Below, piece by piece: positions 27,200 through 40,619 of a stretch of DNA of 64,000 nucleotides. The notes below the pieces were generated by a model that worked only from the letters and a program-made list of their open reading frames with translations, did no database searches and was not told where the DNA came from. Location of the stretch: assembly GCF_006345805.1 (NCBI RefSeq), contig NC_043004.1, positions 49,600,001 to 49,664,000 of the forward strand, given 5' to 3'. Every line of letters begins with the position of its first letter. Within the stretch, counting starts at the first letter, position 1. This DNA comes from Octopus sinensis (taxonomy: Eukaryota). The translations under genes were made by a program, and so were the position numbers.

Positions 27200-28480
27200 C
27201 AGATACCATACACTATAAATCAAGACTCGGACAACTTGGATTGCAAAGCCTTCTATGCAGGATAACACACAATGTTATACTGGAGAGACATTGATGATGC
27301 ATTTATACTAACCCATTCCAGAGATGAAGTGACTAGGATCCCTGATATCCTCAACAGCACCCACTACAACATCAAATTTAACATTGAACACCCAGCCATG
27401 AATGGCCCACTAAGCCTTTTGGACTTCAACGTTTCCTTTGCCTCAGGGCAGATAAAATCTGATTCTTTGGGAAAAAGATGAAAAGAATCTAACTCAGATT
27501 TGGTGTATCCAAAAACACTGAAACACAATGTGGCCATTATTGAACTCAACCTGCTACCTGAGCAGGTGTGATAAAGCCCAGATAGAGAACTCAGCATGAA
27601 TAGATTTTGTTAAAATGTTGTCTCTATGGGTATACAAGCAACGTTTCGTTGAAAAGGTGTGTGACATGGTAAACATACAAGCACATGCATACCACAAGGG
27701 ACCTGTCCATGAGGCCAAACAGAACAAAATCCACATCAGTGACAGTCACCAATAATGTACAGATGTATAGCAGCAGACCAATAAGCTGGTGACAACAACA
27801 GAACCAGCAATGTAATGACTGGACTGGCATTGTTGAGATTGGAGCCTTAAATGACCAAAGACGTGGCAAACTTATCAATATATACAAAGAGAATGACTGA
27901 AGGAAGAAATGGGGAAAGAATAAACACTGGGTCTACATTGACCTGTTATATTAGGGGAAAATGATTGAAAATAAATTAAAAAACAGTGTCAGATCTGACG
28001 TCCCTGTTAGAATCATGAGACAGGGTCACACTCAGAAACTATCACTCACACATCACCACTACCAATGACACACCGAATGCATGCTCCCTGAATCAATACC
28101 CAGTCAGAATGATCCAGCCAATGGACAGTGTCTGGCTGTGATTAAAATCAAATAGGGTATACCAGATGACGTTCCTATGGTATGACATACATAGGATCAC
28201 CTTTACCATGGGGTGAAAGAGCATTTCTACAAGTTCATACCACCCAGTGTTTTATTCTGACACAACCTATACTGTGAAGGAGATTTTTCTACCTAGACAC
28301 TAGAGAGGGAGGATAGATGCTGTCAGACTTAGGATTACAGAGGCACACTTCATTAGGAGGAAAAAACCAAACTTGAACCACTGTTGCATGGAAACACATT
28401 ATTTGCTTCTGGCACTTGTTAACATTAAGGAAATAAGGAAGTCTGAGAAGAATATTTGATTCAGAAGTGTTCATAAGAAA
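27200..28480 (+). mobile_element. Penelope-like element relic (RT and GIY-YIG C-terminus)
   Basis: YWRDIDDAFIL...ILNSTHYNIKFNIEHPAMNGPLSLLDFNV (PLE RT motifs) and DAVRLRITEAHFIRRKKPNLN near 28318-28378 (PLE endonuclease tail motif E...I....P.LN). Confidence 0.75.
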
Positions 28481-28658
28481 TAAACTATAACACCCAGCAA
28501 CAAGACTTGCTCTAGGTTACATACCAAATGTAGGGTAATCAATCAATCTATCTGTCAACCTTCTTATACTTTACTGACTCTTATTGTCTTTTATTTTCTT
28601 TAATCATTTATTGTCTTTCCTAATCTCTCCTACTAATGGCATTATCCTGTTATCTTAC

Positions 28659-28885
28659 AATGAGGGGATGCTGAAAAGTTTCTGGCTTTGGGCAAAAAAA
28701 AATACAGGAGGACCAGATAATTATGATTTTATTCAGCATATACCCCTCACAGATTTTAGATTCACATACTTGTTTCAGTGGTCCTTCAGTTTTTCTTAGC
28801 CCTGTAAAAGAACTTGGAAATCTGAGCCTCCACCCAGGCCTTTTGTGAGACCCTTAAAGCCAGGAACATTTCAGCATCTCATCAT
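28659..28885. mobile_element. Mariner-type MITE
   Basis: TIRs atgaggggatgctgaaaagtttctggcttt and aaagccaggaacatttcagcatctcatcat. Confidence 0.7.
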
Positions 28886-29489
28886 CTACTCTAACCATGT
28901 TGCCTGAATACATCATAAAATTATGCAAATAAATTTTTTAAACTGCAAGGAGATTTGGTTATGACATCTAAGCAACCACAAATGGTGAAAATATAGTAGG
29001 AATTAAGACAAAAATATAAACATTTATAGAATGTTTAAGTCTTCTTTTATATATTTCACATACATCTTAAGAACTATGATGATTAATTGTAGGGGTATTG
29101 ATAGGAAGAAGAAAGAAGAAAAAGGCAGACAAAAGTGTCATCATTCCTGTTGTTCTAATGTCCACTTTTCCATATTTGCATGAATCAGAAAAAAATTCAC
29201 AGAAGCAAATTTTCTATGGTCAGATGGCTGTCTTGTCACCAATCCTTACCTGTTTCCAAGTGATATAATATTTCACCATGGCTGGACATGTTTTCGTGAG
29301 ACTTCACTTGTATGATGTCAAGACAAGGAGTCACAAGCACACTAATGCACAGAAACATAGATAGATATATGACAGGCTTTTGGTGGCTCAGGGCTACAGG
29401 AAAAGACACTTGCTCAAGGTGCCACACAGTGGAGAATGATGATAACGTGTTCTGTTGAAATTAATTTTTCCTCATTTTTTTTTTTTTTA

Positions 29490-29775
29490 TCTTGCAAGTA
29501 CTTGTGACCCTGTCCACACTGTAAGGTGGTTGGCATTTGGAAGGGCATCCAGCTGTAAAAACCTTGCCAAAACAGATCTCATCTGTGCTTGTGCCACATA
29601 AAAAGCATTAAGTCCACTCTACTGAGTGGTTGGTGTCAGGAAGGGCATCCAGCTATAAAAATCCTGCCAAAACAGTTACAGAAGTCTGGTGGAGGCTTCT
29701 GCCTGGCCAGCTCTTGTCAAACCATCCCGCTCATTCCAGCATGGAAGGCAGATGTTAAACGACGATGATAATGGT
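29490..29775 (+). mobile_element. RTE LINE 3' UTR copy
   Basis: ggaagggcatccagct (present twice) ... cagatgttaaacgacgatgataatggtgat tail. Confidence 0.75.
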
Positions 29776-30107
29776 GATTTGCTTTTGTTTCTGGATGGGT
29801 ACTAAAATACTGGGAGAGAGAGAGAGAGAGAGATTGAATGAGAGAGAGTGTGTGTGTATGTGTGTTGTGTAAAAATGAAAATAACCAAGGGTGTAGTGAA
29901 ACAGATTCTTAGCTTATATGTAGAAAGCAAATGTTTTATCACAAGCCTTAAGTAAGGTACACAGTTCCACCTGCTAACATGTTAACTCACATTAATCAAA
30001 ATGATTAATGTTGATTATGAGATTTTAGTAATCAAAGATTACAATACTGAAGTGGGAGAAAGTATCTTTAAAGCACAAAACATTAAAAAGCTAATGGAAG
30101 ATAAACG

Positions 30108-30673
<566 letters not shown>

Positions 30674-31557
30674 ATCTATGTTGAGAAAAAAAATGTTAAT
30701 GAATAATATTTTTTTACATCTTCTAGCTAGTATGGAAGATATCACCAGATGTATGTTGGCTTGATTGAATATCATCAGTATAGCCTCATCATAACTTGCC
30801 AAAGTGAGAGCAAATGAACAACTAATTACATAATTCTAGGACACCATCTCTCATGGAAAATAATGGTTAACATTAACAACCTATCAAGTCATTGAAGGTC
30901 TATTATCATCATTATTAATAATTTCTTAATTTAGCTCAAGAAATTTGTTAAAGAGCAAGGTATAGCCACTAAAATCAATCCCAATACATGACTGGAAATG
31001 TTAGTGAGATTAAAAGTAAAGTTGATTCTAACTGGATTTAAAATTAGATTGAAACTAAATACTATACTTTCAAAATTTCGAAATTAAAGTTGTCGTTTAA
31101 GTTACTTGATCTGAGACAATGCATTGAAACAAGTAATTACTAAAGGGAATAATCATTACAGCCATTTAATCACATGCAAAAACTGCTATATTCACTTTTA
31201 ATTCATTTTATGAAGTGTAAACATATTCATTATACATTTGCATCCTGGTCACTTACACACTGTATTGCAGCAAAACTGCACCAATGACTAGGTCGTTATG
31301 CAATGAAAATTTTGAAACCTTATGAAATCGAATGGCACTTTCATAATGTACTGTTCCTGATACTGAATCATCATCACTAGTATAAATAGCTTATGACTTG
31401 ATGCAGCTGACACACAACTCAGATATATGGTGTGTTATCTTTAGTTTGTTATGTTGTATGTCTATGTTTAAATCCTACCAAGGTCAGCTTACAGATATAA
31501 AGTAAAATAATTAATAAGAATAAACTAGAAACACTTTAATTGACTCTGCTACTCTAG

Positions 31558-31605
31558 AAAACTGAATCTTACACATTTCCTTTTGAAGAAAGCCATAGAT
31601 TAAAG
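31558..31605 (+). CDS. Isolated candidate 48-nt plus-strand exon
   Basis: Acceptor ttgactctgctactctag|, donor AAG|gtgagc. KTESYTFPFEESHRLK, phase 0 to 0. Confidence 0.3.
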
Positions 31606-32154
31606 GTGAGCACTCAGTGAGTGAAGCTCACACCTGGTTTCAAAACCTTGTTGAGGTCGTTTTCATTTGTGAATGAGTATTACAACACTAATTTCCTCTC
31701 TCTGTGTAATCTGCATGGCCACTTGGAGCAATCAATAGTATATAAATCCACTGTATCTTCCTAACAGACACTACATTATCATTACAAGCTATGCACAGGC
31801 ATGGTTGTGTGATTAGAAAGATTCCTTCCTATCCACATCATCTCGGGTTCAGTCCCACTGTGTGGAACCTTGGGCAAGTATCTTCTGCAACAGCCTTGGA
31901 CTGATCAAAGCCTTGTAACTGAATCTGGTTGGTGGAAGTTATTGTTGTGTGTGTACATGTGTGTCTCCTATCAGAGACATGTTACTAAAAAAGAAAGTAG
32001 GAAAAAGAGAATGAGAGAGATCATGATAAGGTATTTTTAAAAGACAGCAAGCTGAGAGAACCATCAGGGGAAATGTTCTGGCTCTTCACTTTCTAAGTTT
32101 GAATCCCACTGAGGTCAATTTTGATTTTTTATCCTTTCAGGGTTGATAAAATGT

Positions 32155-32785
32155 AGTATTGTGTTGAGTCAAGTTTTTCAATACTTGGTAACTTATTTGC
32201 TTTATTTGTCAAGATTTAAAAAAAAACAGGCTAGCATTCAAGGAGAGGCCATTGTGCTATACTGTCTGAAGCTTCCTTTCTGTCAGGTCTTTGATCCTAC
32301 GCTTCTACCAGTTCTTATCTTTTAAAACAAGGAACTCCTTCTACAAGTTCTGGTCTTTTAAAGAACTTCCACCTCTTCTTAGTTGATGAAGCATTGCAAG
32401 CACAGGAAGTGAGCCATGAACTGGAACAAGTAAAATCAAAGATAGTTTGGTCTGGACTATATGCTTGGTGATTTCCTCAAGTTCCTAGAGTTTGTTCTGT
32501 GTTGTTCAAGCAATATGAGGTCTTGCATTATCTTGCTGCAGAAGAGTTCGCTTTCTGTTAACCAATGCCAGGTATTTTCGATGCACACTGGCATACAACC
32601 ATGAGATGCCAAGCTCATCTAATATTCTCCAAGTGCTACTCACCAGATTTGCTTCTATAGCTTGAAGCACAGCCTCAGAATCCATGGTTTTAGGCACATT
32701 TGACCTTGCTTGGTCATCAAGGTTCTTGCAACATCAGCGATATTTTTTTAACCACATAGTTAGTTGCCAACTCAACCAATGTTCT
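32155..32785 (-). mobile_element. Internally deleted mariner (same family as 8105-8932)
   Basis: MPKTMDSEAVLQAIEAN (N-terminal region) fused to KYLALVNRKRTLLQQDNARPH. The terminus tattgtgttgagtcaag matches 8105. Confidence 0.8.
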
Positions 32786-32929
32786 GAAGAGTATTTAGAT
32801 TTTTCTAGGTTGATCTGACTTACATATCTTTTCCATTTTTGTTCATTGCAGCTTAGGCTTTGGTAATTCTAATCTAAATGTCTTTTTTTGATGAACGTAT
32901 CCAGTTACCCAAACACAGAAAATTTTCTA

Positions 32930-33146
32930 TGTTTGGGAAGCTTAGGCACAAGGCCTGAAATGTTGGGGGAGGGGCTAGTTGATTACATTGAACCCAGCAC
33001 TCATCCGGTACTTATTTTATCAATCCCAAAAAGAATGAAAGGCAATATCAACCTCAGCAAAATTGGAATTCTGGATATAAAGACAGGCAAAATGCCACTA
33101 AGCATATTGTGTGGCATACTAATGACTCTACCAATTCACTTCCTTC

Positions 33147-33182
<36 letters not shown>

Positions 33183-33530
33183 TCTTTTATTGGCCACAAA
33201 GGCTAATATAATTCATAATAATAGTAATAATCCTTTCTACTATGGGCACAAGGCCTGAAATTTTGTTGGGCAGGGTTAGTTGCTTACATTGACAATAAAT
33301 AATAACAATCCTTTCTACTAAAGGTACAAGGCCTGAAGTTTTAGGGGAGGTTAAGTCGATTACATTTTCCCCCCACCCCCCAGTACTCAACTGATACTTA
33401 ATTTATGATGAAATGATGAAAGGCAAACTCGACCTCGGTGGAATTTGAACTCAGAATGTAGCAACAGATGAATTAACTGCTAAGAATTTCATCCAACGTG
33501 CTAATGATTCTGCCAGCTCACCACCTTACA
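32930..33530 (-). mobile_element. Cluster of tandem SINE fragments (family of 26727-26936)
   Basis: ggcacaaggcctgaaat occurs three times; ends gaatttgaactcagaa...gattctgccagctcaccacct. A plus-strand copy lies at about 34260-34510. Confidence 0.75.
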
Positions 33531-33689
33531 GTTTTGAATGGAGAATAGTGAATCGATGCCATCAACTCTAGTTTTTATAAGTTGAGGTGAGTTAAAATGT
33601 TAAAGTTTTTACATATGTGCTAGTTTGTGGCTTGTATATCACATGACAGAGGCAGTTCAAGCCATGGAAGGTACACACTGAAGTTGGTA

Positions 33690-34250
33690 GTAACATGGTA
33701 GTTGACATGTTTATTGCTTCACTCTGTATGTGATTTGAAAACCACACAGATGAATGTGCAACATAGCCACATTCAGGAGCTCATACGTTACAAGTTCAAA
33801 CTGGTCCATAATGCAGAAGCAACCAAAAACATTTGTTGTGCAAAAGTGGAGGTTGCTGTATGGATCAGATACATGGACCCTGACACAAGCATTTGAGAAG
33901 AAACTAGATGGTGCATACATTAAAATGATTCGGGTTCTGTAAAACATAAACTGGCATCAACATATTACAAATGAAAGTTTATATGGAAACTTGCCCAAGA
34001 TAACTAAAATTGTTCAAAGACAGTAATAATTTGCAGGACATTGCTGGAGAAGTAAGCAGGAAGTTATACACAAGCTATTATGGGAACCAACTCATGGGAG
34101 ATGAGGTAGAGGATGACTTGCTTGAACATTAATTGATTAAGTCTCATATGATACAAACCTCTATAAGGTGCAGTTTCTGAGAGAAATGGAAAATCATGAA
34201 TTGTGAAGAGACTTTGTCAGGAACGTGCAACCAGGGTTGCAATGATTAAT
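33690..34250 (+). mobile_element. Mariner N-terminal fragment joined to an RTE-type LINE 3' fragment
   Basis: MNVQHSHIQELIRYKFKLVHNAEATKNICCAK (mariner-like) then LLYGSDTWTLTQAFEKKLDGAYIKMIRVL...FAGHCWR (RTE C-terminus). Confidence 0.65.
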
Positions 34251-36317
34251 TATTATTAAAGTGACAAACAGGCAGAATTGTTAGCAACCAGGACAAAATA
34301 CTTTGCGGTAATTCTTCCAACTCCTTATATTCATCATTTAACATTCATTTTCTATGTTTGCATTGTTCTGAGTTCAAATTCTGCAAATGTTGAATGTGCT
34401 TTACATCCTTTCAGGGTCAATAAATTAAGTACCAGTTGAGCACTGGGATCAATGTAAGCAACTAACCCTTCCCAACAAAATTTCAGGCCTTGTGCCCATA
34501 GTAGAAATGATTATTACTATTATTAAAGCAGTGAGCTGGCATCGAATAAAATGCTAAGTGATATTTATTAATCCTGATCTGTCATGCCGTAAATCAATCA
34601 ATTCTTTATTTCATAGAGACAATAAGAAGCAGAGTGAAGATGTAAAGTTACCAATAGACTGAAATTGTAATGTAGTCAAGTTCCCAGATGTAGCTATTTC
34701 ATTTCACTTTATCTGCCATTATAAGTAAGAGGAGTCAAATCTTTAAGCTATGTGTTTATTTAATAAAATTAACTCAAGTGCATTTTACTGACTTTGAAAA
34801 AATAAAAAGCAAAAATCAACTAACTGAACTAGCTGCAATGAAGCCCTTAGTTGTATATTATATTGTCTTATCTTCTACTGGTCTCTCATGTCTATGTTTT
34901 GCATTAAGGTGCTTTTATAGATGAGTGGCAGACAAAGCATTTAGCAGCAATAAAACTATGTCATCCTGTACATAAAATACTCTTGAATTTAGGTAATATT
35001 ACAAAAATCTTGATAAATATATGCTTTAGAAGCCTGGCAAACCAAGTAATATATACTCATTTTGTATTAATTTTCAATTATAAAGTTTTCCAACGTGTGT
35101 GCTGTAAAAGATATCAAATGCAAGAAACTATTAAAAAAAATCTGATGGAAGTTAAAATAGAGATGACAACAGTAAAAATAAAAATACACTATAATTGCAA
35201 ACATTAGTGTTAGATCAAAAATATCAGACAATTAATGGTAAAATAAGATTAATATCATTAAGGAAATAAACTGAAATAGATAGTCTTCATTTGGGTGTAA
35301 CATTTATGATGAAAATGTATCTATAAGACTGCAAATGCGGTTATAGATTTAGAATAGAATATCATGTTGCTTATTATACTTAAAGTCGGTTGTGTGAAAC
35401 CAAGCTTAACTAGAGTTTATTTTTGCAGGTGTTGTGGCAAACACAATTTAAGTTAATCAAAGAAAAATTAAACACTGGAAACTGAACAATAAAATCTAAG
35501 AGATTCACAAATTATGAGAGGGACAAATATACAAATTAGCATATTTTTTTGTTTTAACTTGGAAATATATGACAATAAACAGACTGAAATTCTAAATTTT
35601 AAATCTAGCATAATTTAGGAACAAAATAAATCTCACTTCAATGTATCTGTTTACTTTATATCAAAATTGTTTAATAACTGATTGTACTAAATTATATTCT
35701 ATATGTTACTTTAAATTTTTAGATGTTTATAAATTTGAAATTGAATGTATGTAACCTTCACCTGAAGGCAATAAGTGCAATGGTATACATATCTTTCATT
35801 ACACAAAATTTAATCAATCAACCAGTTTCTAAACACAATAAAATAAGATGCATAATGGTATTCATCACAAAACATTTGATATTAGAAAATATAAGATTAA
35901 GAACTACAAATGTATTTTGAATTAATTATGTCTATGAGGAATTAAGTATGTCTATGAGGAAATATCTAAATAGTTCCAGATTTGAAATTAGAATTAGAAA
36001 ACCACTGTCTAGTTAGAAAGGATAATGAACTAAATAGTTATATAAACAAAAAAAAATAGTTATGGCCAGTTTATAGGGTTATTCTGAGTTTCGCGTTCAT
36101 AAAGTGCCTGGCTTTACAGCGTCTCATCAGACTCTAATGGGCAATGGCCTATTACCTCTCTTCAAAATGGAGGGATGCTGTAAAGCTAAGTGCTTTATGG
36201 ACAAAAAACTTGGGATGACCCAATAGACTGGTCATAACTAACTTTATCTAAATACTCTGCTGCTCTATAACTTAGAGTGTGCTTCTGTTTCAGATTTATA
36301 ATGTACTGACAATATAT

Positions 36318-36360
<43 letters not shown>

Positions 36361-36779
36361 CAGTTGAATTCCAAGAGTGTATAATATAACTGAGAAAACA
36401 TTAATTTTTAAGTTTTTTTCTGAGGTTCAACAAAATTTTTTAAATGATTTCATCATCCTAGCTACTTCTGACTGAAAATCTGAGATGAAGAATGATCAAT
36501 ATTATTATTAGAGTGGAGATCTAGCACGAATGTTTCTAACAGAATGGACTGTGATAAACTTACCCAAGGGACAGGTGGTACTGATAAACCAGGATCCAAA
36601 AAATGTCTACTGCTCAAAAATAATAATAATCCCTCTGACAGTCTTCCACACAGTTTACCAACCAAATATCTCTAACATGACTTTAGTTGACCCAAAACTC
36701 TCCTGAAGACATGTGCTGTAGAACTGAACATGAAACTTATTGGTAAAATGTGTAAAAACTGTAGTGCTCAAATAGAGCT

Positions 36780-37150
36780 TTCACAATTGCTCCAAATGTT
36801 GGGTCTCAATATCGCTGAGGATCTCCACTGAAAAAGCATATCTTTAACATAGGACCATATCCCAATGACAGGCCATTCTCTTCAGGACCAGGAGATACTT
36901 CAGTTCCAACAATTAATCACACTCTACAAAGCTCAAGTGAAACCCACCATGGAATATTATTTAGGATGGTGTTGTTGCTGCACACAGACATTCTAGAATG
37001 TACCCAGAAAAGGGCTGCTTGGAATAAAGTCATTCACAGATATACTCCAGCACACTATCTGTTTTTTTTAGCCATTTGTGGCACTACTAATATGGCACAT
37101 GCTCTTCAGAGTTGGCTGGATTCATACCACCTCCACTGAGCAGGTATTGG
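36780..37150 (+). mobile_element. Decayed CR1/Jockey-group LINE fragment
   Basis: LQMLGLNIAEDLH*KS..., FRTRRYFSS.QLITLYKAQVKPTMEY; post-RT motif LY...V.P..EY. Confidence 0.6.
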
Positions 37151-37339
37151 TGTGAAAACTTAAGATTAGAGTCAAGTTTGTAATAACTAATTGATATAAA
37201 AATATGAAATACATCGTATTAAATAAAATAAGTCATTTGAAAACAGAATGAAAGTATAGGTATGGCTGTGTGGTAAAATGTTTGCTTCCCAAACATATAG
37301 TCTGTATGTATGTATGTACGTTAATTATTTCAAGGATAT

Positions 37340-37724
37340 TTGGAAGCACTCCGTCGGTTATGACGACGAGGGTTCCGGTTGATCCGATCAACGGAACAGC
37401 CTGCTCGTGAAATTAACGTGTAAGTGGCTGAGCACTTCACAGACAAGCGTACCCTTAACGTAGTTCTCGGGAATATTCAGCATGACACAGAGAGTGACAA
37501 GGTCGGCCCTTTGAAATACAGGTACAACAGAAACAGGAAGTAAGAGTGAGAGAAAGTTGTGGTGAAAGAATACAACAGGGATCACCATCATCCCTGCCGG
37601 AGCGTTGTGGAGCTTTAGGTGTTTTCGCTCAATAAACACTCACAACGCCTGGTCTGAGAATCAAAACCGCGATCCTACGACCGCGAGTCCGCTACCCTAA
37701 CAACTGGGCCATTGCGCCTCCACT
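37340..37724 (-). mobile_element. Full-length tRNA-derived SINE with a 12-bp TSD
   Basis: Head gtggaggcgcaatggcccagttgttagggtagcggactcgcggtcgtaggatcgcggttttgattctc (A and B boxes). TTTCAAGGATAT at 37328-37339 and 37725-37736; CpG-rich, so probably young. Confidence 0.9.
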
Positions 37725-37843
37725 TTTCAAGGATATAAATACCTCTTAAAGGGATATCAGCATCCAAGTTCCCTGGTTTTATCCAGTGTATCAGTGAAAT
37801 ACTAAAAGGTATTAACTTCACATTGATGGATATATTACCATTT

Positions 37844-38449
37844 ATGTATAAGAAAAAGAAGGAAATGGAGAAATTGAGATATAGACATCAATTTATTGTA
37901 AACAAATCCAATTTCGAACAATATCAAACTTATAGAACCTACAATTGTTTCCATGTCCAATCCATTCAAATTAGAAAAATTAAATTGAAGATTCATATTG
38001 ATTTATAATTAATTGAACAGTTCGTCAGGGTTAGAACTTGATAGAAAAAAGAACTACATACCAATGTGTTGATATATGATTGGTAGACTCAGCATTAAAT
38101 TCAGATGAGCACAAATTAAAACAAAGTTGCATATACACAAGTAATGGTTTTTAAAAAAAAAAATACAATAGGATGCACAAGCGCACGTATCTGAATTTAA
38201 TGCTGAGTCTACCAATGATGTATCAACACACTGAAATGTAGTTCCTTTTTCTATCAAGTTCTGACCATGACAAAATGTTCAATAAGTTATAATCCAATAT
38301 GAATCTTTCATTTAATTTTCTAATTTGAATGGATTGGACATGGAAACAATTGTAGATTCTATGAGTTTGATATTGTTCGAAATTGGATTTGTTTACAATA
38401 AATTGATGTCTATATGTCAATTTCTCCATTTTCTTCTTTTTCATATATA
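37844..38449. repeat. Long inverted repeat (arms about 37844-38106 and 38189-38449)
   Basis: ORFs 37823..38008(+) and 38223..38477(-) translate almost identically (MEKL.YRHQFIVNKSNFEQYQT.R.YNCFHVQSIQIRK). Roughly 90% identity by eye. Confidence 0.95.
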
Positions 38450-38454
38450 TATAT

Positions 38455-38696
38455 ATATTGAGTTGGTCAAAAGTCACCTGACAGTAAATAAATATTCCAT
38501 AGACACTTAATATTCAATTTTATTTATTCATTTGGGAAAATGGTGTCGCTCAAGAAGGACTTCAGTCTGAACTATTTTCACGATGTTTCATATTCAGATA
38601 CTTTTATCAAATTCATTCAGTTGTTAAACATAGATAAATCTTGGAATTAAATGGTTTTGACTTACTGTCAAGTGACCTTTGGCTAACCCTGTATAT
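38455..38696. mobile_element. Tc1/mariner-type MITE
   Basis: gagttggtcaaaagtcacctgacagtaaat versus acttactgtcaagtgacctttggctaaccctgta are inverted repeats; TA flanks. Confidence 0.65.
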
Positions 38697-39429
38697 ATAG
38701 GTGGTACCCCAGCATGGCTAAAATCTATTGGCTGAAACAGGTAAAAGATAATATACATATATATATATATATATATATATCCTATATTTTTGGGTTTGTC
38801 ACTCACCAACACTTGATAACCAGTGTTGGTTTGTTTATGGCCCCATAGCTGTTTGACATAAGAGACCGATAGAGTAAATAGTATACTTAAAAAAATAAAA
38901 ATAACAGAGTCTTCATTTGACTAAAACCCTTCAAAGCAGTGCCCCAGCATAGTTACAGTTCAATGACGGAAATAAGAAAAAGATAAAAGGTACAGATTAA
39001 AAGGATAACTCTTGGAAGATTACACTTTTAGGATAACAGATGAAACTTTTCACTTGTGATATTTTTATATTGTATTTAAAATGGGAAATGATAAAAACAT
39101 TGTTTTCACTCTATAAGGGTATAACGATAGAGATACAAGGACATGGATGGGGCATTAACAGGTATTATTGTCAGGAGTGTGTCCAAAGATCCAGTATTTA
39201 GTGATACAGCAGTGTTAATAATTATTGAATTTAATCCCTTTAGTACATTATAAGAAGTAGTCCCAGGGTCAGTCCAACTGTGTAGCATCTTAGACAAGTG
39301 TCAACTATAGCCCTGAGCTAACCAAATCCACTTGTGAGTGGATTTGATAAATGGAAATAGAAAGAAAGCTGTTGTTGTATATACACATATATATATATAT
39401 CTATGTGTGTGTGTATAGAGACACACACG

Positions 39430-39461
<32 letters not shown>

Positions 39462-40619
39462 CAAATATATGTTGTGTGTATGTGTGTGTATATATATATA
39501 TATGTAACTGTATGTGTATGTTTAACATGTACTCTTGTCTTCACATAAATTATTGCTTTGTGGAAATAGTGAGGGATGATATCAGGAAAAGCATCTGGCC
39601 ATAGAAAATTTGCCTCAACAAATATTGTCTGACCCAAGCAAGCAAGAAAAAGTGGACGTCAAATGATGATGATAATGAAGATGAGGAAATAAATTGTTTT
39701 TAAATTTTGTAATCATATATATATTCTAGTATGATTTTTGAACTGCCATATTGATTCATAGCATGGGTATCACCAGAGTCTCCCATGGTACAAAAATATT
39801 TTATTCACTCTGTACCATGGGTGTCACTGGTGACACATGTTAAAAAGTGTTAAAACTTTCATTATACCTCCATCTATGGATTCGTTTTCATTTATTTATG
39901 ATTTTTTCCTTCAGATTATATTATATATGCCTTAATGAGTTCTTCGTTACAAAAATTATTTTATAGAGAGTAGTACTCCAATGATGGAGATGACAGTGAC
40001 TTGTACCCTTCTTGTCATTTCCTATCTCAGCTTCTGTTGATACAAACTGAAAACCATCAAAGAAATACAATGAAACATGTTCTGTACATTTCCTAAATTT
40101 CGAATAATGTAGTTTGAGTCAAAGTAATAGAACCCCCTCCACAAAACAACAGCATTGGGAGTCACTGGTGACTCTCACGGTATATAAAGTTGGTAGCATG
40201 GTGAGTCACCAGTGATTCCCACGGTAGGCAAAGCGTTAGCTGAATTGGATCGGTTTGAACAGACGGAATGTAGGGGAGATAATTAAGTATAGCGGTCCTG
40301 ATTTACATACAGTACATGAAGCAGGTAGAATGTATAGTTTAAGAGCGAAATAAAGTGTTAAATTATTGAAAGACAATTAGGCCCTATATTCATATTTTAC
40401 AATTTAATATTTATCGAAATAAATACTACTTAAAAAGAAAAAAAAAAGGGCATCAACTGAATGAAAACTAAAAAGTAGTCTATTTTTTGCAGATTACAAG
40501 AGACAACAATATAAAAGACATATTAACATAATTTATGTACGTAAATGGTTTTAGGAAAGAAAAATGCCTCGTAAGTAATAAGGCTCACAATAATAAAAAC
40601 AATGAAAGATATAATTGTT

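Noticed and set aside
36088-36135. SECIS element
   Set aside because: ATGA-to-AAA spacing is 8 nt versus the canonical 11-13, and there is no selenoprotein context.
36462-36665. Minus-strand exon RHFLDPGLSVPPVPW|gtaagt
   Set aside because: Adjacent to and probably within a decayed plus-strand LINE; no phase partner.
37650-37724. tRNA gene
   Set aside because: tRNA-like head of a SINE: continues into the SINE body, flanked by a TSD, no closed acceptor stem evident.
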